Shown: piece after piece, positions 14,491 to 20,000 of the stretch
Numbering within the stretch: position 1 is the first letter of the stretch
How the letters are laid out: each line of letters begins with the position of its first letter
Notes under the pieces: generated by a model
The model's database searches: none
What the model saw: the letters and a program-made list of their open reading frames with translations, nothing else
Told to the model about the DNA's origin: nothing
Program-made: the position numbers and the translations under genes
Virus record (IMG/VR): IMGVR_UViG_3300020045_008339
Length of the DNA: 20,000 nt
Source of the DNA: an uncultured virus (IMG/VR IMGVR_UViG_3300020045_008339)
Taxonomy: Duplodnaviria > Heunggongvirae > Uroviricota > Caudoviricetes
Reading direction: 5' to 3' (one strand)

Positions 14491-15482
14491 AACGGAATAA
14501 TTTCTTGAAGCTGTACAAAATGGTCCATATCTATCGGGTTCAAAAACTTGAACAGGTCAACCTTAGCATCGTCCCACAAAACTTTATTGTCCCTTGTAGA
14601 TAACCTACCTACATTTTGTCTATGAGCACCAGCGTAAAACGTTATTCCAAAATGCAATGTTGCTATAGCATAATCAGGAACCATTATCTCTCCATTTGGA
14701 TGTGTGCCACTGGATTGATAGGTAAGCACCAGTTCCTTTGGAAGGGGCTTGTTCCCGTGACGGGAAACAACGGCATCCGCAGCAAGCAGGTATATCCTGT
14801 TACTGTCAAAGTTGTGATTGAAATAGCCATACTCGTTCTGTATAAGGAAACGCTCGTCTGCCCTGTCGTAGCTACGTCCACAATGGTCACGCATCTTTAC
14901 CTTATTGGCTTCTGTATTCTTTACGCATCCACAAGTATTGAGTTCAAGGGAACAAACATTGTTTTTCTTTTCCTCAATAACCACCTTGTTCAATTCTTCA
15001 TCCCACACAGGATATTCCGAAACCTCTATAACCTCACCACTGCCCAACGTCTGATACCAAGTTTTGAGTACCACATCCTCCCCATTGAACTTTTCAGTCC
15101 TTGTCACAATTTTTGTTTCCTCAATACTACAAAGGCTTTGCCCACTACTGCACGTTGCACATTTTTTTGAAGTATCCTCAAAATCAATATCGGCAAGAAC
15201 CTGACCAGACAAAAGAAGTGGATGGTAACCAACGGTATCATGGACAGCTACACCAAGTATCCTGCTACAGTCTTTTGGTTTTTTTATGTACGGCCTACCA
15301 TCTTCGGCTATATGAACCTGAACAACAGTTTGCACTATTGAGTAAAGCGTTTTGAGGAACAGTTCACGCCATGCGGTTTGTGCATGGTAAAGGAAATTTG
15401 CAAACCATGCTTTTTTATTATTGAAGGCAGCAAGACAGTATTGCTCCGTTGCATCATTCAGTGTTGTTCCTACTTCGTTCAT
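14484..15482 (-). CDS. Putative structural (ring/head-tail connector-like) protein with Cys-rich insertions (332 aa)
   Basis: ATGA overlap with the upstream gene. Helical N-terminus, KPKDCSRILGV, LVLTYQS...GEIMVPDYAIATL, and inserts CATCSSGQSLC and CSLELNTCGC. The function is inferred from resemblance to ring proteins and from context. Confidence 0.5.
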   Translation of the reverse strand: MNEVGTTLNDATEQYCLAAFNNKKAWFANFLYHAQTAWRELFLKTLYSIVQTVVQVHIAEDGRPYIKKPKDCSRILGVAVHDTVGYHPLLLSGQVLADIDFEDTSKKCATCSSGQSLCSIEETKIVTRTEKFNGEDVVLKTWYQTLGSGEVIEVSEYPVWDEELNKVVIEEKKNNVCSLELNTCGCVKNTEANKVKMRDHCGRSYDRADERFLIQNEYGYFNHNFDSNRIYLLAADAVVSRHGNKPLPKELVLTYQSSGTHPNGEIMVPDYAIATLHFGITFYAGAHRQNVGRLSTRDNKVLWDDAKVDLFKFLNPIDMDHFVQLQEIIPLW

Positions 15483-16198
15483 GACTTGGCTTGCATTTTA
15501 TTGATTTCCGTTTCAATTATTTTGTTCGGGTTCCTGTCATTGCTCATGTCCACTATCATTCCCTGTGCTGCACCTTTAAACAGGTTTACACCAAAAGAAA
15601 TTATATCAGCCTGTTTGCCCAATGGTATTATAGCCTTGTCAGCATCTAGGCTCAACGCTGGGGCAAAATTTACGCCCCACTCTTTTGGCTCACAAATTGA
15701 AGTGGTAAACCCATGGACTTTTTTGCCTTGAACAAACCAATAGATGCTATTTGTTTTTGGCAAATGCTTTAAACTGTCTTTCTGGTCACGGTTAATCCTT
15801 ATCATGGATGATTCGCAATCGGATGGTTCAATGAGTTCAACAGATTGCACCCCATAACCCATGGTGTCAAATGGAAAAGGGAAAGGTGTTTCCTTCAATT
15901 CGCCAACATAGTGGGCATACTTACCACCACCCTTTACTTTTTCTACCTTCACAACCTCTTCAATTAACCAGTCTTGGCTAACATCAATGGTATAGTAACC
16001 AGTTTCCTCTTTTGCTAAACGTCTGGCTTTATCACTCTCTATCTCAAGCAACTTTCCATAGATAGCCCTAGCGGCAAATATGAAGTGCGGAAGTTCAAAA
16101 AAATCTTCGCTTGACTTCACATTCTGATAGTAAAGGTCCATTATCATCTGAGCGACATAACTCAATGACGATTCATTTATTTCTTCAACTTCTGCCAT
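15479..16198 (-). CDS. Putative structural (ring/connector-like) protein (239 aa)
   Basis: Clean ORF in the operon with a helix/beta-core/helix layout and C-terminal DMSNDRNPN. The function is inferred from context. Confidence 0.45.
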   Translation of the reverse strand: MAEVEEINESSLSYVAQMIMDLYYQNVKSSEDFFELPHFIFAARAIYGKLLEIESDKARRLAKEETGYYTIDVSQDWLIEEVVKVEKVKGGGKYAHYVGELKETPFPFPFDTMGYGVQSVELIEPSDCESSMIRINRDQKDSLKHLPKTNSIYWFVQGKKVHGFTTSICEPKEWGVNFAPALSLDADKAIIPLGKQADIISFGVNLFKGAAQGMIVDMSNDRNPNKIIETEINKMQAKS

Positions 16199-16839
16199 AG
16201 GAAAGGGGATAAAAAAGATAAGCTAATACAATAGGGAACCCAATATACAAGAAACACGTTCAAGTCAACATTTGCAAGCCATCCTAACCTGTTGCTAATA
16301 ATAGCATTCAGCCACCAGAACAAACTACCATATATGGAACTATAGCAAAAGATACATGAAGAAACAGGCATCCTTACCCATTCAGGGAACCTGTATGTTT
16401 TTTTCAACTTAAAGAAATTTACATAAGCCCCTAACCCATGCTTCTTTATAACCATGCTCACATCATTGTTGTGGCCAAAAACCCACCACCTATCATTAAA
16501 ATATGCTATAGTTCCAGTATTGGGTAACCATATAGAATTTTCGCCTTCCACAAGACTATACTTCCTGTCTGGACTGGTAGCTTGTGTTGACATGCCCATT
16601 TGTGCCTCTATTTGAATAACCAGCTTACGCAACTCTCCTCCATGATAGTAAATCTTGTTGGAAAAAGTTTCAGTTTCCTGCTCCCAGAATTTACTCCACC
16701 CTTTAAATATTTTACCTTTATAAACCTTTGTACCATCTGGCAATATTTGCCATTCACCCCTAGTAATAACATACCAGCCAACATTGAACATTGCACCAGT
16801 AATCAACATCAATAATAGAAAATTTAATAAGCTAATCAT
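16177..16839 (-). CDS. Membrane protein, DUF1360-like, with a CxxC motif (220 aa)
   Basis: N-terminal TM helix, a large soluble insert, then PEWVRMPVSSCIFCYSSIYG followed by two hydrophobic segments. Confidence 0.6.
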   Translation of the reverse strand: MISLLNFLLLMLITGAMFNVGWYVITRGEWQILPDGTKVYKGKIFKGWSKFWEQETETFSNKIYYHGGELRKLVIQIEAQMGMSTQATSPDRKYSLVEGENSIWLPNTGTIAYFNDRWWVFGHNNDVSMVIKKHGLGAYVNFFKLKKTYRFPEWVRMPVSSCIFCYSSIYGSLFWWLNAIISNRLGWLANVDLNVFLVYWVPYCISLSFLSPFLWQKLKK

Positions 16840-17591
16840 TTTGTTTCTTTTTGTTCTGCGTTAGAAATTTGATATACCATCCCTTCCCTTATAAACTTAC
16901 CGTACTTCTTGCCCAGCCTTGTTGTAAACTCTGTTATGAGCAAGCTGCTCCACTCAAGTTTTTTTGATGTGGCTGAATTGTAGATAATATTGTCCTCTGC
17001 ATCCAACGTGTAGTCAAACGTTGCCTCTTTTGGTGGACGCAAATAGTCAATCATTACATGCTGCAACCCTTTAGGAGCAATCTTGAAACCCATCCCATAC
17101 TGTGTAGTTGCAGGGCTGTCCAACTTTGGTTTTAGCATCTTGTGTTCTGAAATCCCTTCCCACTTATTATTCGTTAATATACGGATACCAACCTCACTGT
17201 ACTTTGCATCAACCGTTTCATAATAGAAGCCATCACTTTTATTTGGGTCCTCTTTTAGCTTGCAATAATCGTCTGGCTCCACGCCGTTTCCTTTGTCCTT
17301 ATAAAAGTAACGCATGGCTGATATGTGGCCATAGTCACCGGGATAAGGAACAAGGTCGTAGGTTGTCCCACCTGGCTGCACCTTTACAAGTTCAGACCTT
17401 AAGAATGGCTTTGCTAAATCATCTGTTATTTTTTGGCTCTTTTGCCAAGCGTCCTTGTATTTATCGTTGAAAATATCCTTTGATATATCATTTACCCAAT
17501 GAACGAAGTTTCTATTGGGACGTACATGTCCCCCTTGATGGGTATTGAACTCACCGCAAAATTTTTCCCATAAAACAAATAAGTCTATCAT
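16836..17591 (-). CDS. Putative tail tubular/ring (head-tail adaptor) protein (251 aa)
   Basis: N-terminal helices (FVHWVNDISKDIFNDKY), YPGDYGHI and VMIDYLRPPKE resemble adaptor/ring proteins of Bacteroidota podo-like phages. Confidence 0.55.
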   Translation of the reverse strand: MIDLFVLWEKFCGEFNTHQGGHVRPNRNFVHWVNDISKDIFNDKYKDAWQKSQKITDDLAKPFLRSELVKVQPGGTTYDLVPYPGDYGHISAMRYFYKDKGNGVEPDDYCKLKEDPNKSDGFYYETVDAKYSEVGIRILTNNKWEGISEHKMLKPKLDSPATTQYGMGFKIAPKGLQHVMIDYLRPPKEATFDYTLDAEDNIIYNSATSKKLEWSSLLITEFTTRLGKKYGKFIREGMVYQISNAEQKETK

Positions 17592-17592
17592 A

Positions 17593-18984
17593 TTAAGAAC
17601 ATTGATTGTCTAAGGTACAAGAACCGCCCGACACAACAGTAAATGTACTTGGCGTAATTATAGGGCCACCAGAGTTTTCCCTGAACACAGGAGCCGTCTT
17701 TGAGCAAAGGCTGTACATCACTCCACCTCCTGTTGATTCAGCCAATAATATAAGATTAATCCTACCAGAAACAGGCGTATTTGAACCGCCTACCTCACGA
17801 GTAAACTCAATCCAAAGATTACTTTCAGGAGAACCATCAGGAACTTCAAAGCTGTAACAAGTACCCCACATTGCAACAGTTGTTGTTGCTGGGACGGTTG
17901 TTGGTGGTGCCGTGGTCGGGGCAGAAGTCGTAGCCGGAATAGTTGTTGTTCCTTCTGGATTACGGTCAACCAAAACAAGGTCGCCATCAATAAATACAGA
18001 GGCTGAACTAAAAGAAACTGTTCCTGTAGTGCTTGGGTCAAATATTTTGGTCTGCAAGGTAGTGCCGCCCCTTATATGCCTCATTCTTGATTCAAGTCTT
18101 GGTGAACCAGAATTGTTGTTAATGAATATACCAAATATGTGCGGAGATGTATCGATTCCACTTAGGTTGCTTTGATGCCCATTTACATCCAATCTGGGGA
18201 TAAAAACAACTAAAGTCGAACCATCAATAAATACCCTAGCAATCATTATCTGCTCGCCAAGTGGCCAACCATTCCTAAGGATTACCCCAGTTGCTTCATA
18301 GGATTTTACCACTGTTTCCCCAGTATTGCCATTGCTGCACACAGGTGTTATTCTAAACAAGTGGGATATGTTTATGTTGTCAATAACAAATAGACTATAT
18401 GTTATGGAAGTTCCACTAATCAATGAGCCTGTAGTAGGAACAACCCATGTTGCACCTCCATCAAGACTAACCTCAACAATAACAGATGTCGGGAATCCTC
18501 CTGTGTTTATCCATGTAGCATTGTAAGCAGTTCCAAAAGAGCCATCGTCAATAGGTTCTATTTCTATATCAGACAATACAATTCCACAACCACCAACAGT
18601 TGTTGTTGCTGGGACGGTTGTTGGTGATGCCGTGGTCGGGGCAGAAGTCGTAATAACCGTAGTTGGGGGAATCGTAGTTGCCATCGTTGTTGGAGGGATG
18701 GTTGTTGGTGCAGCAGTAGTTGGTGAATTTGTAAATGTAACTTTAACACCGCCAGTTGGATTGCACTTGGATGTACTCCAAACGGTATAAGAGCCGTAAT
18801 GTTCCACCTCAATAAACAATGGTTGGACAAGTGTGCCATCCTGCAATACTGCTAAATCTTCTGATGCAACAGTATAATTGCTTGGAATATCAGGAAGGGA
18901 TGCCAGCTTATACTTGATAATAAGCCTCTGATTGCCATTTTTAATGGCTGAAAGAGGAACCTTTGTTATTTTTAAAAAATACAT
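17593..18984 (-). CDS. Modular beta-rich surface/decoration protein with FN3-like domains and two Thr/Pro linkers (463 aa)
   Basis: The N-terminal domain is paralogous to the neighbouring gene. It has an internal FN3-like segment (WINTGG...VEVSLDGGATW...FRITPVCSNG), two TTxAPTTxxPTT linkers and a Cys-containing C-terminal module. Confidence 0.7.
   Translation of the reverse strand: MYFLKITKVPLSAIKNGNQRLIIKYKLASLPDIPSNYTVASEDLAVLQDGTLVQPLFIEVEHYGSYTVWSTSKCNPTGGVKVTFTNSPTTAAPTTIPPTTMATTIPPTTVITTSAPTTASPTTVPATTTVGGCGIVLSDIEIEPIDDGSFGTAYNATWINTGGFPTSVIVEVSLDGGATWVVPTTGSLISGTSITYSLFVIDNINISHLFRITPVCSNGNTGETVVKSYEATGVILRNGWPLGEQIMIARVFIDGSTLVVFIPRLDVNGHQSNLSGIDTSPHIFGIFINNNSGSPRLESRMRHIRGGTTLQTKIFDPSTTGTVSFSSASVFIDGDLVLVDRNPEGTTTIPATTSAPTTAPPTTVPATTTVAMWGTCYSFEVPDGSPESNLWIEFTREVGGSNTPVSGRINLILLAESTGGGVMYSLCSKTAPVFRENSGGPIITPSTFTVVSGGSCTLDNQCS
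17874..17932. repeat. 59-bp direct repeat, copy 1 (Thr/Pro linker)
   Basis: Identical to 18594-18652 except for one mismatch (17907 G vs 18627 A). Confidence 0.95.
18594..18652. repeat. 59-bp direct repeat, copy 2
   Basis: Lies 720 bp from copy 1, in the same reading frame. Confidence 0.95.
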
Positions 18985-18999
18985 TTTAGATTTTTTAGT

Positions 19000-19626
19000 T
19001 TATGAACAAACCACATAGTTATAATTCGCTACACTTGCTGGTGTAATGCTGTCTATCCTTGTTTCAAAATTATCAACACCAAGTACGCCTGAAACAACAA
19101 ACGTAAATGCCGAAGAGATATTTGCACCTTGCGGTATAATCAAAGGGCTTGATGCGGCTATCCACGAACCATTATCAACTTTATAGCTGTATGCAATTTC
19201 AATATCTGCAAAGACATTTGTACCTGCATGACCACTTGCATAGTAATTATTTACCCCATCTTCCTGTATAGAACCAGATTCAATAATTATGCAAACATCA
19301 ATTTCGCCAACAGTTGTTGTTGCCGGGATAGTTGTTGGTGGTGCCGTGGTTATAACAGTTGTGGGAACAAAAGGCTTGTTAAATATTTTTTTTATACCTG
19401 TGGAATTGCATTCAGAGTAAACCCATACGGTATAGGAACCAAATTCAGCAGTAGCTAGATAAACAGGATTGACAAGGGTTCCATCGGGCTTAACTTCCAC
19501 ATCCGTAGCAGCAATGATATAGCTGCTATCAGGTGATGCAGACAATTTGTACTTAATAGAAACCCTTGAATAGTTGTCTATTACAAATTCGGCTGGAGGA
19601 ACTTTTTCAATCTTGATATATGACAT
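19000..19626 (-). CDS. Paralogous modular surface protein with a Thr/Pro linker (208 aa)
   Basis: Shares KIxKVP, IKYKL, DGTLVxP and GSYTVWxxSxCNxTG with the 463-aa protein, has the same linker, and carries a different C-terminal beta module. Confidence 0.75.
   Translation of the reverse strand: MSYIKIEKVPPAEFVIDNYSRVSIKYKLSASPDSSYIIAATDVEVKPDGTLVNPVYLATAEFGSYTVWVYSECNSTGIKKIFNKPFVPTTVITTAPPTTIPATTTVGEIDVCIIIESGSIQEDGVNNYYASGHAGTNVFADIEIAYSYKVDNGSWIAASSPLIIPQGANISSAFTFVVSGVLGVDNFETRIDSITPASVANYNYVVCS
19308..19350. repeat. Partial third copy of the linker repeat (43 bp)
   Basis: caacagttgttgttgccgggatagttgttggtggtgccgtggt, with 3 mismatches to copy 1. Confidence 0.85.
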
Positions 19627-19631
19627 TTCAA

Positions 19632-19967
19632 CTATTTATCGAATGTAAAATACTTCCTGTAATCGCCCCAATCCTCCCTGATTGTTTTACCATTACTGTT
19701 ATCTTCATAACACACTTCACAATGTGAAGTAAAATGGTGGTTCTTGCCGTCCTTCCCTGTACCATAATTACCCAAGTGGTTCATGTTTACATGAATGGCT
19801 GGATGCTCATTTGTAAATTCTATTTGCGAAAATACGGATTTGTCGTTAGGTTCAACGTAACACCATCCAAAAGGTGTGTCCCAGCCCTCTACCCGACTGT
19901 TGCCAATAGTTTTGAGACAGTCATTCACTTTCTGTTCCAATTGACTTTCAAGGAAAAATTTTGCCAT
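19632..19967 (-). CDS. Hypothetical protein (~111 aa)
   Basis: The likely start is the ATG at 19967 (MAKFFLESQLEQ...) rather than the track's TTG at 19985, because it follows a TAA by 2 nt. Confidence 0.75.
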   Translation of the reverse strand: MAKFFLESQLEQKVNDCLKTIGNSRVEGWDTPFGWCYVEPNDKSVFSQIEFTNEHPAIHVNMNHLGNYGTGKDGKNHHFTSHCEVCYEDNSNGKTIREDWGDYRKYFTFDK

Positions 19968-19969
19968 GA

Positions 19970-20000
19970 TTAGATCGCCATCCAAACAACGCTCTCATTA
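19970..20000 (-). CDS. Probable 3' end of an upstream gene (...NESVVWMAI*)
   Basis: An open frame ends in TAA at 19972-19970, directly before the next ATG. Only about 10 codons are visible. Confidence 0.35.
   Translation of the reverse strand, partial: NESVVWMAI

Noticed and set aside
17874..18652. The repeat pair as a DGR template/variable region or a CRISPR array
   Set aside because: There is only one mismatch, both copies are in-frame coding linkers, no reverse transcriptase or cas gene is in the window, and there is no spacer periodicity.
17790..18839. Q/L-rich alternate-frame ORFs 17790-18041 and 18564-18839
   Set aside because: They are a by-product of ACA/ACC/CCA-rich Thr/Pro linkers that lack stop codons in other frames.
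278..19973. All plus-strand ORFs in the track (e.g. 286-867, 5708-6364, 7493-7978, 14616-15170)
   Set aside because: They are antisense shadows of dense minus-strand genes, with F/S/L/I-biased composition and no recognisable motifs.

Overview
A tightly packed, entirely minus-strand gene cluster that reads like the virion module of a short-tailed phage. A-rich start regions without Shine-Dalgarno motifs suggest a Bacteroidota host. In transcription order (right to left) it holds a hypothetical gene, two paralogous Thr/Pro-linker beta-rich surface proteins, three putative ring/connector proteins around a DUF1360-like membrane protein, an unannotated 59-aa Cys-rich/acidic microprotein, a GNAT-like protein and two ejection-protein-like genes. 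It ends in a giant ORF that the ORF track missed because it has no stop in the window: ATG at 11307, open to position 1, at least 3769 aa. This protein combines an ejection-protein-like N-terminus, a very acidic segment, a zeta-toxin-like P-loop kinase, an N6-adenine methyltransferase and a SNF2-like helicase (DarB-like polyvalent protein). The most striking observation is that four low-complexity linkers of the giant protein each contain a plausible small gene in the +1 frame: a basic peptide, two helical peptides flanking the zeta-like domain, and a TnpV-like protein just before the methyltransferase. All family assignments come from motif recognition, not database searches.
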